Positions 49,014 through 62,746 of a stretch of 64,000 nucleotides of DNA are shown piece after piece. The number at the start of each line of letters is the position of its first letter. Position 1 is the first letter of the stretch. Both the position numbers and the translations under genes were made by a program. This DNA is from Massalongia carnosa (Eukaryota): NCBI GenBank assembly GCA_965645245.1, contig OZ287073.1:806001-870000 (forward strand), given 5' to 3'. The notes beneath the pieces are model-generated. The model made no database searches and had not been told where the DNA came from. It worked only from the letters and a program-made list of their open reading frames with translations.

Positions 49014-50296
49014 GGAGGGGTGGCTTACATTGGACGGCTTAATGTACGCGTGTCTTTGGCTTACGCAAGGGACGTGTCATGGCTTCAGTAACGTTTACGA
49101 TGATGGGGAAAAGTTTATGCTTGTTAATGATTTGGTGAATCGGTTGACTGGCAGGTTGGTTGGGAAAGACCATGGAATTGACAGGACATCTGCTTTATCA
49201 TACCTTGATTTACGATGAATATGCAGCTCTAGGCTTTAGCAATGAGGATGTATTTGGAAGAGGGGAAGAAGGAAGAAACCCCTCAACCCCCCCCTATTGC
49301 TGTATCATCCCTTGCAGGACCTTGCATGATCGTCCATGAGTGTACATGTTGTTTGGAGCTATGAAGTTGTCTTGGATATTTGACATGTCTGTATATCTCT
49401 CGTGTTAGGGTCAAGGTACAAGGTATAAGGTGGAATGCGTTGTAGCTCCGGCTCAGTACAGTGAATTCCTGCCTTGAATGATTCTTACTTGTCCGCATCT
49501 CTTAGTCCCATACCCCCCGAAACTATGCGGGCAGTGGAAATCTGATTAGCATGCTCATGGCACCGATTACTCTTGAGTCTTGCTGGGATAGATGTTAAAC
49601 CTTTACAGTTGGTACCTCCTCCCCCTGGTTTATATCTGTCCGGACTTGTGCCGAATCTTCCTCAAGGGTGTCATGCTGTTTCCTTCGGATGCAATTCGAA
49701 CCATGTACTTATCTTATGAAAATGACCACGCCCTGCTGTGGATCCTCGACATGCCCGAGGATGTCCACGGGTACACAAAATTACTATTCTGATGCTTTTA
49801 CATGCAAGGAAAAGGAAGAGAATAAAAAACGAGATGAGTGACATTCTGAGAGTAAGTCAAGATTCGTGGCGCTGTCCTTTGTTGGTCGCAATTCTTCCTT
49901 CCGCCTCCCGCCATTCCGGGTTTCCGCCACGAGACGCGCGCCAAGCCGGAGATAATCAGTTTTGGCTTGTAATGCCCGAAGGCTTAGTATTAACTAGTAG
50001 CCAAAATGCCTCAATGAAGACCTCCTTCGTCAGCTTTTGGTTGCTTATACGCTCTATATTCCATCACAGGCCCCTATTCCTAAGCGTTATGATAACCAGC
50101 TCATTCACTAATCAGCCGCAGGCAAGTAATCAGCAGCATATGCTACTTTGATATACTTGCCTCTTAACGCTTTGAGCATTCATGTTCAGCTTCAGGATCC
50201 GAAAACTGCGAGCCCTCTTTCGTCCAAGCTACGAGATTGCGTTCACACCCCCATTAACGGAAAGGAACATTCAGTTCCTCGTCACGCAATCTGAGC

Positions 50297-51741
50297 ATGC
50301 CGAGGACGCCCTTTTCTTTTCCCGAGAAATACAGATATCAGAATGGCTTCGGCTCGTATCATGAGTAAATCTTTACCCCCTCTCACAGGTGAGGTTGTTT
50401 CCTGATCCATAAATCAGATCCGAAGCAGTGCAGGGTGCCCTTCCGATAGGTGCCAACTCGCCTCAAAACCCACCTTGTGGACTCTATGCTGAGAAGCTGT
50501 CGGGGACCTCTTTCACGGCCCCACGCCATGAGAATCTGCAATCATGGCTCTATCGAATCCTCCCCGCCGCTGCGCACTCTCCCTTCGAACCTCGAGAGTC
50601 CTCCGCATATAATGCAAACTCCAAACTTGCTAAACTCCATCAGATACCGAACCAGCTTCGATGGGATCCCTTTGACATCGACGAGTCGGTTGATTGGGTT
50701 CATTCCTTGCGCCTAGTTGCCGGTGCAGGCGACCCTACAATGAAACAAGGCATTGGAATCTTCATCTTTGCTGCTGGCAAATCAATGGATTCTTATTCTG
50801 CTTTCTATTCTGCTGATGGTGACTTTCTCGTGGTGCTGCAGCATGGCGTTCTTGATATCCGGACTGAGTTTGGCTGTCTGCTCATCCGGCCAAACGAGAT
50901 TTGCGTTATTCCCCGTGGAATACGCTACCATGTTTCGTTACCCAATGGGCCAGTTCGAGGTTATATTCTCGAATTGTACCAGAATCATTTCCAACTCCCA
51001 GAACTCGGGCCCATCGGATCCAATTGCTTGGCTAACGCTCGCGACTTCCAAGCTCCAAGCGCCGCCTTCATCGAAGACTGCTCCGGCGCAACTACCTACA
51101 TGGTTTTCTCAAAGTTCGCAGGTCGTCTCTTCGCCGCCTCCCAGACCCACACACCCTTTGATGTCGTCGCTTGGCACGGCTCCTACTACCCCTATAAGTA
51201 TGACCTCGCTCGCTTCTGTACCATTGGCTCCATCTCCTACGACCATCCGGATCCAAGCATCTTCACCGTCCTCTCCGCCCCCTCGGAGCGCCCCGGGACC
51301 GCCGTCGCCGACTTCGTCATTTTCCCACCCCGATGGCTCGTCGCCGAAGATACCTTCCGCCCACCTTTCTACCACCGCAACACCATGTCCGAGTTCATGG
51401 GCCTCATCCACGGCGACTACGATGCAAAGTCCGGCGGTGGGTTTCTGCCCGCCGGTGCTAGCTTACACAACGTGATGAGTGGGCATGGACCGGATAGCGT
51501 GACGCATGCGAAAGCGACGAGCGCGGAGCTAAGGCCGGTAAAAGTCGGGGAGGGGAGCATGGCGTTTATGTTCGAGAGCTGCTACATGGTCGGAGTGACG
51601 GAGTGGGGACTCGAGAGATGCCAGAAGGTGCAGAAGAAGTATAACGAGGAGAGCTGGCAGCCGTTGAGGGCGAGGTTCCGTAAGCCGGAGGAGGAGAAGA
51701 AGAGCGCAGAGAGACGGGATGAGAATGCGCAAGGTGATTAA
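50297..51741 (+). CDS. hmgA: Homogentisate 1,2-dioxygenase
   Basis: [78 protein letters not shown]; one 5' intron. Confidence 0.96.
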
Positions 51742-52113
51742 TGATTACTGAAAGGCGCTTTGTTGGGGAACAAACAGATTTTGGGGGTAGGGGATGAGTA
51801 ATGGATTATGATTGAGGCGATTTCAAGAAGAGAAGAGTAGGATTGGCACCTTGGTTGTTCCTGCACTAAACAGGACATGGGGTTTTATGCCCTGCAGGGA
51901 ATTGCTCGATTCATACAATTACTTATTATTACTGCTTGCTGTGCTTCGAACGAGTAAGGTGATAGATGATGCTCGAAGCTTGAACCTCACCTTCCACGCA
52001 AATCCCCGGTATTTTGCGTAATTCATTCTCCTGGAACTCCATCAAAATGTTTTCCCAGAAACAGTTCCTTGGCGTATTTATAAACTTCACCCTCCAACCT
52101 TCCCTTTCTTCTT

Positions 52114-52857
52114 TCATCCAAAAAGCCCCACCAAAATCGCGGCCCCGAACCCCGCTCCGATCCCTCTCTTTCCCCTTCCCCCCGCACTCCCACTCCCCGC
52201 ACCCCCCGTCCCCGCCACAAAAGTCCCCTTCGCCACCGCCGCCGAGCCCGTCCCCGTTGCGCAGCTCCCAAGCTGCAACCCATAGCATGCGCGACTGCTC
52301 AAGCTCTGACAGATGGTCACCGCGGACGCGCTCCCGACGGGCGCCTGCACCGTCACCCCACCGGCCGCCACGACGGTGACGCGGTTCCCGTTCGGCGCCC
52401 CGACGACCCCGGTGCATTGCGCGTAGGCTGTCTGGCAGCTGCTGTACTGCGAGCTGCAGTCGGCCGCGTTAGCGTATGTGGTGGGCAGGTAGGTATAGGG
52501 GTAATAGGCGTTGGGCACCGGGGCGCCGGGCGTGGGCGCTGGGTTCACAGTTGCGGTCACAGTGGAGGTGGGGGCAGCGGATATGGTGCCCGTACAAGCG
52601 GCGTGCAGGGGGCAGCAGGCGACGTTGTTGAGCGGGTCGAGCGCGCAGGTCGATTTCGAGGGACAGCACAGAGAGGGAGCCCCGAGGGTGGAGCAAGAGG
52701 TTCCGGATTGAGCGCAGGGGTTCGCAGCGCGGGCGAGGAGGGGGGCATCGTTGGCGGGTGAGGGCGGCAGGAAGGGGGAAAACTGGGATGTTGTGGGGTG
52801 GAGGAGAGCGAGGAGGAAGAGGAAGAGGGTGGTGGTGGGTGTGGTCGTGAGCCGCAT
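52114..52857 (-). CDS. Cys-rich, probably GPI-anchored cell-surface protein
   Basis: Signal peptide, CC-containing Cys motifs, Thr/Ala/Gly-rich linker, hydrophobic C-terminus. Confidence 0.82.
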   Translation of the reverse strand: MRLTTTPTTTLFLFLLALLHPTTSQFSPFLPPSPANDAPLLARAANPCAQSGTSCSTLGAPSLCCPSKSTCALDPLNNVACCPLHAACTGTISAAPTSTVTATVNPAPTPGAPVPNAYYPYTYLPTTYANAADCSSQYSSCQTAYAQCTGVVGAPNGNRVTVVAAGGVTVQAPVGSASAVTICQSLSSRACYGLQLGSCATGTGSAAVAKGTFVAGTGGAGSGSAGGRGKRGIGAGFGAAILVGLFG

Positions 52858-53382
52858 TCTTGGAGATCCAGGGTCCCCCTTGCAATGCAGGATGAGGAAT
52901 GCAAGTGGTGGTTTCGGCGGAGCTTCGAGGGGTAGTTGTGTACGGCCGCTAGGGTGCCATGGAAGTTCTGAGCGGATCTCAGTTGTGGGAATGCTTGTAA
53001 TGGGGAATTTAGATGCTTAATTCGAGTATTATGGTTGATTGGAGTTTTCGCAACCGATGATCGATACTTTGCAAGAAGGACGAGCGAGGGAGGCTCTATT
53101 GCTTTGTACGACTTGGCATAGCAACCGTCCAGGGCCGGGATCTGGATTTTCCGTTCCCTGTTTATGTAAAGCTTCGAAAACAGATGAGCACGACTCGCGA
53201 TATTTGCATAATCCTTTTCATTTTTCATTTTTCATTAATCGGAAGGAAACATTAACTTTGAGTACTCAGTTGTCTTGAAGTTCACTCCTGCTGCTGATTT
53301 GGCGTTTCTCTTGAGCGTACCGAGCATGTTCTTATTTTATTCGTAATTTTTCAAATCACCTGACACCAATCCTCTGAATTGA

Positions 53383-55755
53383 ATGCAGTCGTATATCAAG
53401 CCAGGAAATACATTTCCCAGTGCTGGCTTTCTCCAAGTATTTTCTCATACTCTTCGGAGTCGGGGAGTCTTTAATCGCTCTCTGCACTCACCTTATGTGG
53501 GCCACCGCGGAACTTTTCAAATGCAAGCCTTTGCTGACTCTCCTGATTTAGGATGACAGTCGACAACGCCTATCGGCATTCTGGGCGCCGACAGGGGGCA
53601 TTGCACACGAAGCTGATACACAAGGTTCGTTATTTGGGCAGTGTGGAAGAGACGTGACTGACAGCATTAATAAAAGACTCGCATGCTATGCTAATCCGAG
53701 GAGGGTTTGTGCGCCAGGTGGGCTCAAGAAGCATTCATTTAAGGGGTGTTGAATTGATTTTTTCTTCCTGCAGTCACATTCAGGCATCTTTCATCTTCTC
53801 CCCTTGGGTCTACGCGTTCAAGAAAAAATCGAGCGGCTGTTGGACAAGCATATGGTCAAAATTGGTAAATCTAGCGCTTCGGTGTGCGCTTCATGATTTA
53901 AAATACTCACTAAAGTCTAGGTGCATCAAAGATCTCGCTATCTACATTCTCTTCTGAAGACTTGTGGGAAAGGTCTGGACGGCTGAAAAGGGGCAGCTCT
54001 GAGGTCTCTCTCCACCGCGACTTATTTCACCTGTCACAATTCTGAACCCTAGATTACACAGCTGTTTCGAGTAAAGGACCGCAAAGACACAAAGTTTCTT
54101 TTATCGCCTACCCACGAAGAGGAGGTCACTACTCTTGTCGGTGATGTTGTTCAATCATACAAGGAGCTTCCCCTAAGGCTCTATCAAATCAGTTGGCGCT
54201 CTCATTCGTTTTCCATGACTCCCATTGCTAAGAGCTCATAGCCCGAAAATATCGAGACGAGCCTCGTCCACGACAAGGCCTTTTGCGCACTCGAGAGTTC
54301 TTGATGAAGGATCTCTACACCTTCGACTCCACCCAAGAAAAGGCGCTGGAAACATATGAGACTGTACAACGAGCCTATTCCGCCTTCTTTAACGAGTTCA
54401 AAATCCCCTACCTGGTCGCTGAAGCCGATTCAGGCGATATAGGTGGCAGTCTCAGCCATGAATACCATATTGCCACGAAGAAAGGAGAAGACAAAGTTGT
54501 CAGTTGCACCTTATGCTCGTACGCCGCGAACGAAGAAATGGCGAGAAGTGCAAGAAGGTCGCTAGCGAGGTTTAGTTCATCCAAGTCTGTTGACTCGTTT
54601 GGATCAACTTTTTCGGCCCTTGGTGATTCGCATCAAACCAAAGACCGATCATTGAACACCTCTATTCTAGGAAATCTTCCCTATAAGCGCTGGTTTGGTG
54701 TCAGTAAGGATCGCACTACTGTTTTCATCGCTATTTATCCCGCCGAGATTGAAGATCTCACACTGCCCTCCAAGCCCTTACGAAAAACGGAACCGAATCC
54801 ATACATGATAAAGAAGATTTTTCCAGAGCTTGATCTCAGCATCGAGCACCAAGCGGTGCTTCATGCTCTGTCAAAGCCAAATTATCGTATATGCTTCGAC
54901 TACAGAATCCCGCAATCCTTCATCGACGCTTATCAGGCCGAAGAAGCCGCAATCTCCCTAGAGTCGGCCTCTTCTCAAAGTGACGGCAATATCGGGAACG
55001 CCATCGCCCCCACCAGTGACCGCCAAGATTGCAACCTGCAGGATCTCGTTAAAATCGCCCCCGGAGACGCCTGCCCGAACTGCGCTGACGGAACCCTCCG
55101 TATCCTCCATGCCGTCGAACTAGGCCACACCTTCCACCTCGGAACCCGCTACAGCGCTCCTCTCAGCGCAACATTTGCCTTCCCCTCCCCACCCCCACCC
55201 TCCCAACAACACCTTTCCCCCACCCAGCAACAACCTCTCTCTAAATCCGAGTTCCTCTACTCCCCACCCGCAGCGCCTACCGTAACCTCAGCCCCCTTCC
55301 AAATGGGCTGCCACGGTATTGGCGTCTCCCGCCTCCTCGCCGCCATCGCCGCCTCTCTCGCCTCCCCTGCGGGTCTCAACTGGCCTCGCGCGATCGCCCC
55401 CTTCGAGGTCGTCATCGTACCCGCGCGCGGGCTCGAAGCAGCCGCCACGGAAATCTACGACACACTAACCGCGAAGCCCACGGAGGAGAACCGTGAAGCC
55501 GGGAACGGTGCACAGGGCGGCGCAGTGAAGAAAGTCGACGTGGTGCTGGACGATCGCGAAAAGGACGTCGGCTGGAAGCTGAAGGATGCCGATCTGATCG
55601 GATACCCGGTCATAGTGGTGGTGGGGAGGCGCTGGAGGCGCGGCGATAGGATGGTGGAGGTGCAGTGTCGGCGAGTGTGGGGCGTGGAGGGGGGGAGAGA
55701 GCTGGCCGTGGAGGACCTGGCCGGGGTGGTAGGGGGCCTTTTGGGGGAGTTGTGA
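53383..55755 (+). CDS. Prolyl-tRNA synthetase, mitochondrial (bacterial type)
   Basis: [76 protein letters not shown]; several short 5' exons; start codon inferred. Confidence 0.92.
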
Positions 55756-56314
55756 AGGGTGGGGGGCTGTTGCTTGGGGTTTGCTAGGGAGTGTGATGGG
55801 CGGTATTATGTACGTATAGAATAAGTCGCAAACCCATCCAAGTCCTCGACATCTTGTCCCATCATTCAAGTACCTATGTACCTCCTTCCTCGTCCAATCC
55901 CCCATCCATTCCCGGCAGCTATTCACTCACCGTCATCCCATCACCCAATCAATCTATAACGCCATTCCATCTACCCAAAACTTTTCTTGTCTTCTTGCTC
56001 CTTCTGTCTTTCCCTACTCTGACTGACTATCGGGCTGGATAGATGACTGGATAGGCGTCAGCGTGTCTCTTCCCCTCCCCCTCCCCGATTAATCTACCTA
56101 TTCATCCGTATATCTCTCCATCTACCTATCTACCTACCTATCTACTTATCTTACACCTACCTTCTTTCTCTATCTGCCCATCTACCTATTTATCTGATTC
56201 ACAAGCTGCACGATTGTGGGATTTTTCCTGACAGGGGTGAAGAGGGAGAAAGAGGACGAGAGACGGCGAGGGAAATGAAAGGACTGAAAAGGAATGAAGG
56301 GAATGAGGGAGGGA

Positions 56315-56346
<32 letters not shown>

Positions 56347-58589
56347 TTGATTACGTTAGAAGAAAATAGAATGAGAAACTGATGAATGAGTATCTTCTTC
56401 GTTTTCTTCTTTTTCTTTTCATTTCTTTCGATTTTCATTGAAATCATCACTCATTCAATTTAATTTAATCAATTTCTTCTTTTTTTCAACTCATGTTCTT
56501 CCTTTTTTATTATTATTATTATCCTCTAGTTCTCAATCAATCAATCAACTTTCTTTTCTCTTCTTCTCTCATCAATTCTCGTATTCATATTTTCATCTCA
56601 TCTCATTTCATTTTTTCTTCTATTTGCTTTTTTTGGTGTGGAAGGAGAGAATATATGAAGAGGGGAAAGAAGAACGATAGTAGGACTAGTATTCTGCGGG
56701 GAGAAAAGGAGAAGAAGAGAGAGAAAGAATAAAGGGAGAGGAAAGACGAACACGACAGAGAAGAGGACGGAAAGGGCAGGTCATGATGCTCGGAAAGTGA
56801 GAGGTAGATATGAATGATATTATTAATAGACTATCATCAGTTTTCTCAGAAGTCATTATCTCCAAACTCTCATTTCATTTTCTATATACGGGCTTTCGAG
56901 TTTGAATCCCCTCGCCTACAGTCATCTCTCCCTTCCTCTTACTCAGCAGTTCGGAGCGACGTACATAGCTTCAAAGAAGGCTTTCTGCTGAAACTGTCTG
57001 CTTTGGGTTCGAAGGTTGTGTGTTGGTATTTTTATAGAGTTATGGTTTTGATCCTATCTTCTTGTTCTCTTTCAACTTCAACGTCAGCGTCATGCTTTCA
57101 CTTCTCTGCGGTACTTATTAGTTTTAGTGTTGCTTCTTTTAGTTTACTTGTTTCCTCAGCTCGTTTCTCTAATAGCTCTAGGCACTTCAGCGTTTCTTCT
57201 AGCTTCACCTCCTTGAATTGCGCCTGCCGTCCCACCACAATGTTTAAAATAAATGTAGAGTCTGGACTCAAAGGATTGACAACAAGACAGTTTCCGCTAT
57301 TAGAGTCAGCTTTTTAGCGTCATATTCTCTGCAGGAATCATCCTCTTTCTGGCTTCTATCTTAGATCTTGTCTTCTTACTTCATCTTGCTCATGAAGTTT
57401 AATTTCGCCCTCGATCGCCTCGGTAATGGTTAATTAAAACATTATTAAAGGTTAAGCACGACAAGAAAAGAGGCATGAGATCGAGGGTGATCAAAACATG
57501 CTAGCAACAGCCTTCAAAAGTAATTTGCTGATAGTTATTCGTCTAAAGCGACTAGATATTTGGAATACCTTGTCGGCGGTTAAAATGGTCGGGAAGAAAT
57601 AGAAAACGAGGAACTGAGGGCACATGCAATTCTCACCTTGGTTTTTTCTACGGCGCCGGTTCTCAATCCCCGTACCCAAATGGCATGTATCATCTCAATC
57701 TGTAATCATTGAGCCGAAGAGTACGGTTTTGCTAGGTACAGACAGCGAGAAATATAATTTGGCCTTAATAATTAAAGAATCAATAAGAGGTTGGAGCAAG
57801 CTTTATGCTGAGAAATCGCGAGTACAAACCCCCCCCCCCTTGCCTCCATAACAACCCGTCCTCATGGATTGGGATTAAGATGAAGCTCGGATGAAGAAGT
57901 TATTATCGATTGTCCAGCGCTTATCGATAATGACGCTCCGAATGGCCTCTTAACCTCGAGTTCGGGGATGGGTGGTTTATGGAGCAACGAGCGAAAGCCG
58001 TAAGTCAGAAATGGCTCGAACTGTGTCATCATTGCGTAATGAATTCATCCCGTCACTCAGCTTCCATTGCGAAAGCAGAAAGCGGGATGAAAAGAGTTGT
58101 ACGTTGCAAGTTGCAAGTCGAAAGTCGTTGGTTGTTTGTTGTTGGCGGTTGCCCCGGTGATATCTTAGTCATAACCATGCAGAATCAAGAAATCATCATC
58201 CAGCATACTCTTCACAGCCAATTGTACCGACTGAACCCAAAGAACATCATTCCCCAAATTATCCTTCGGAGCCTTCATCTTTTAACTCGTCATCAAAATT
58301 CGTTTCCAGCCTCTCAGTTCGTCAAGCAACTCCGAGTGGTGGACTGTTCGGGATAACGGTGGCTGGCCGAAAGGTGGTTGGGGAACAATTCGTTTATCTG
58401 GAGAGTGATGGAATAGACATACCTAAGCTTGCATTCCTGCCTCTTTCCAATTTCAACCTTCGTTTTGTGCTCTGACTTACTCATTCTAGCTGTCATTACA
58501 GTGTTCGTGAGTTAATCAATTATTCACTGAGAGAGGTGTTTCCAAATCCACCGACGTCGCATTCTTTAGGGCCCCCTACATTCCTCGCC

Positions 58590-59814
58590 ATGCGAATTTC
58601 GCAGTCACCACCGACCCTTCTCTCCCTCCTTTCCGTCATACTCTCATCAACTCACACTACCCACGCGAAGCCGTATCCCAGAGACGAATTGATCCTCGAC
58701 CCCAAAGACACCATCGTTGAGAAAAGACAATGCGCAAACCCCTGTGGATGGAGTGGACAACTCTGTTGCGCAGCAGGGCAGCAGTGCTTCACAGATTCCG
58801 CAGGTCAAGCGCAATGTGGCACCGGTGGAGGAACCCAGCAAATTTACAACGGTAACAGTAACACCAATGGCCAATGGCAATTGTTCACTACCACCTACGT
58901 GGAAACCGATTTCGTCACTCGAACCTCCACATACAGCTCTCTTGTCGCTGCAACCCAGCCTGCGGTTGTAGTTGCGCCGACCATCCAACAAGGGTCAGCG
59001 GTCACCAACGTGCCTTGCAGCTCGCAACTCAGCGAAACCCCTTGTGGAGGTATCTGTTGCGCCGTAGGGCAACGGTGTGCATACCAAGGGCAATGCGTCC
59101 CCATTGCCGGCAACGGCGGTGACGTCAGCAGCGCCTATTTATCCTCTGTTTTGAATACGGCATCTTTGCCAATCCGTCCAACTAGCAACGGCGTCCAGAC
59201 GGTTACTTCCACTGGTGCAACTACGACAGTAGCATTCACTGCTCCGACAGCAACTAGCGGAGGCGCTGCCGCAGGTATGCAGACAACGGCGAGTAACAAC
59301 GGCCTCAGCGGAGGTGCTATTGCAGGGATCGTGATTGGAGTCCTTCTTGGAATTGCCTTGCTCCTGCTCCTCTGTGCCTTGTTCTGCGCTAAGGGCCTCC
59401 TGGATGGGTTCCTTGCCTTGATTGGCCTGGGACCCAAAAAGCGAAGGCGCGAAGAAACTTATATCGAGGAGCGACATTCCACCCATGGCGGAGGTGGCGG
59501 ACGAAGGTGGTGGGGAACGGGTAGGCCATCGAGAATCGACAGGCCTAAGAAGAGCGGAGGAGGACTTGGTGGGTTCACGGCCGTGGCCGCAGGATTAGGT
59601 GCTTTGGCTTTGTTTCTGGGTCTGAAGAGACGGACAGAGCGTCGAGATAAGAGTAGCTATGGGACGGGCAGCAGCTATTCTTACACCGACTACAGTACTA
59701 GCGCGAGTAAGTCACCTCCTTATGGATCTTCGATGCATCATTTCTGACAGGGTTGTAGGTAGCGAGTCATCAGATCGAAGGACGCGAGATACTAGGAGAT
59801 CGGCTAGACGATAA
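58590..59814 (+). CDS. Cys-rich, Ser/Thr-rich membrane-anchored surface protein (Mid2-like architecture)
   Basis: Signal peptide, KR site, two Cys clusters, LSGGAIAGIVIGV transmembrane segment; intron 59707-59758. Confidence 0.85.
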
Positions 59815-59930
59815 TCATGTATAGAATATGCTTGTCGGGCTGGGTTGGACATATTGCATTTAGCGGGCGCTGGGATTTCGCATATGAGCTGATGATGATG
59901 TTCACAGCTTAATGGTATAGGTGGCATGTA

Positions 59931-61624
59931 CGGAGGAAAAAGTCCTTGGTAGCGTGCATTACTGCATTTTTAGCGTCGTGCAGAAAGGACGCTAAAAATT
60001 AAATATGGGGTTTTATAGATATTGTACATTTTGACCTGTGCAGCATCTTTCATTTATCAGATATCATCAAATAAAAATTTGTATGCTTCGAATCATGACA
60101 TCACGAACTCAGAACAATAGTCTGACTACTGGGCAAAAGTTACAAGCATTATCTTTGGTTGAACACGGCATAGCAGTCAAAGTCGTTCAAGCAGTCACCG
60201 GAGTCTCTACTCAGTCTATCAGTTATATCAAGCGCAAGGCACGAGATCGAGGATATGATCCCACTGTTTCGCGAATATTGAAGGTAAAATACGTAGAAGA
60301 TGCATGTCGTTCAGGACGTCCTCCTAAAGTGATGTCCGAGGTAGAACAGGCCATTTTAGACAACGTTTGTCATGATCGAAATGGTAGAGAAAAATCCTCA
60401 GCCGTTTTGGGATATGAGCACGGAGTCTCATCTACAACTATTCTCAATGTTCTTCGACGCAATAACTTTCGTCCCTGCAAATCTACCATGAAACCACGCC
60501 TTGATTCAACAATGAAAGAGGCTCGATTGCAATTCTGTTTGCGTTATCGTCATTGGACTCTCGATGACTGGAAGAATGTCATATGAAGCGATGAAACTAG
60601 TGTTGTGTTAGGCTCTCGAAGAGGACAAAGACTTCAGTGGCGAACTCCAAAAGAAAAATATGCTTAAACGTGCATTCGACGTAGATGGAAAGGATGTTCC
60701 GAATTCATGTTTTGGGGTTGTTTTTCGTATGAAAAGAAAGGTCCTTTTCATATATGGAAGCTGGAGACATCGGCAGAAAAACGGGCCGCTCAAGGAGAAA
60801 TCGACAAAATCAATGAGGCATTGGAGCCTCTAGCGAAAGAAAATTGGGAATTGGAAATAAGCATGAAACGAATGGGACTGCGTACCAAAGGTGGTCGAAA
60901 ACCGGTCTGGAAATGGGATGAAAAGCATGGAAAAGTGGCTCGAAAAGGCAAAGGGGCAATCGACTGGTATCGTTATCAAAAACTATTCTTCTTCCAAACT
61001 TCTTCCGTTTGCAAAAGAATGTATAAAAGATCGTCCCGATACTATTGTGCAGGAGGACAAGGCCCCTAGTCATGCTTCCAAACATCAAGACCTCGTCTTT
61101 ATGGATGCAGAAGTCTTGCGTTTATTGTGGCCGGGTAATTCTCCTGATTTGAACATGATCGAGCAATGTTGGCCTTGGATGAAAAGGCAAACCACACGAA
61201 AAGGAGCACCTCGAAATCGCATTACGGCTATCAAAGCATGGACTCGGCGCTGGACAAAAACTCTGGAAAAAAAACAAATTCAGCAATGGATAGAACAAAT
61301 TCCACGACATATAGAAGAAGTCATCGCTTTGAATGGAGGAAACGAGTATCGAGAGGGTCGAGACAATGGTGTGGTTCGGCCATATAATTCCGAAGATCGT
61401 CGCATTCGCTATCGCAAAGACATTATATCTAATAGCAGTGATGTATACTGATCATGTCATAAGTCTGCATATAGACCTGATTTTCAATGCATTATATCGT
61501 TTGAAAATGAGGTTGATGTGAAAAATAAAGTTGATAAATCAAATATGGAAAAGGGGCATTGATGCAGCGCTAAATCCTTAGTGCCATTCTTAGCGCATCC
61601 AAGGACTTTTTGTGTCATCCTCCG
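59931..61624 (+). mobile_element. Tc1-like DD34E DNA transposon (defective), TA TSD
   Basis: Termini TA|CGGAGG...AAAAGTCCTTGG (left copy with a short deletion); transposase RSGRP, SDETSV, QEDKAPSH-x-SPDLNMIE (34 residues between D and E); stops and a frameshift. Confidence 0.9.
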
Positions 61625-62160
61625 TAGACATGTCGATAACTGTACAGAGGAACATTGGGCGCATTCCACATGCATGTTAGCAGGAGAGAAGGGGTAAGCA
61701 TACCAGCTATTTTAGGGAGAAATTATTCAACCTCTCAGGTGGAATATAAACCTCCACCAGACTGTTCTCCAATCAAGTCAATAAATCGGGGAATAGGCAT
61801 CGCTCTAAACGACAGAAACGAGTCTACAGACACTTATGACAGAAGTGGTTAGTTTTAGATTTAATCAGCTAACCAGATCGAGGGTTTCCCATATTGATGT
61901 TGAACAGACACATGCAGGATCGCTGCATTGAAGATCATCGCTGCTTGACGAACCCTTCTAGCGGTAACTCAAAGGGTTCAACCAAATGCTGCAACGCAGA
62001 TCGCTTCCCTGTGGCTTACATAGTAAGAGTCTAAATTAAGCGAGAGAACTAGTGACCGCCTGCCAATCTCAACTTCAACTTCACTCTTAATAACCACGTA
62101 CTATCTATCCTCCCCTCACTGCCTTTCCCAAAAATCCCAAACTCGCCAAAACTTCCTAAT

Positions 62161-62746
62161 ATGCCACCGCCACTCCCGCTTCCGCGTCCCAAAATTCTCC
62201 TCCGGAAACCCACCGCCCAAGCCTCCGCCCTCCACCTTCCGAAGCGCCGAACCCTTACAACCACCCGCCAAGCGCGGTCGTCCGATTCCTCCTCACACTC
62301 CCACTACGAGCCCCCTTCGGGCTGGCTATTTGGCGTGAAGCCGGGAAAGAAGTACGAGAAAGAGGGCTGGGAGGGAGCGTGGGTGTATGGGTTTTGGGGC
62401 TCGATAGGATTGGGCGTGGTGGGGTATGCGTATAAACCTGATACTTCGTGAGTGGAATTGAGATTTGGATTTTCTAATGGGAGGGGAAGGGTTTTATTTG
62501 GCTGGGCGGACGAAGAATCCGAAATTACATCCTGAATATGGTTACGCCATGTGGCCCTCCTCTCTCCCTTTTCATCCAACCTTTATCCCTCCCTAAACTC
62601 CTCTTCAAAACTCGAAACCCTTTTCTAACCAAACTTCCGACTTTTTTTCTCTCTACAGAATTCAAACCTGGGCCCTAGAAGAAGCCCGCCGCCGCCTAGA
62701 GGCCGAAGGCATCCTCCCGGACCCCGACCTCGAGCGGAAACCTTAG
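62161..62746 (+). CDS. NDUFB11: NADH:ubiquinone oxidoreductase ESSS subunit (NDUFB11-like)
   Basis: Mitochondrial-type presequence, YEPPSGWLFGVKPG..YEKEGWE, YKPDTS|IQTWALEEARRRLEAEG; intron 62448-62658. Confidence 0.9.

Noticed and set aside
39130..51741. Secondary-metabolite cluster (BVMO, JmjC, MFS, dioxygenase)
   Set aside because: No PKS, NRPS, terpene or other core enzyme and no cluster transcription factor; interspersed with housekeeping-type genes.
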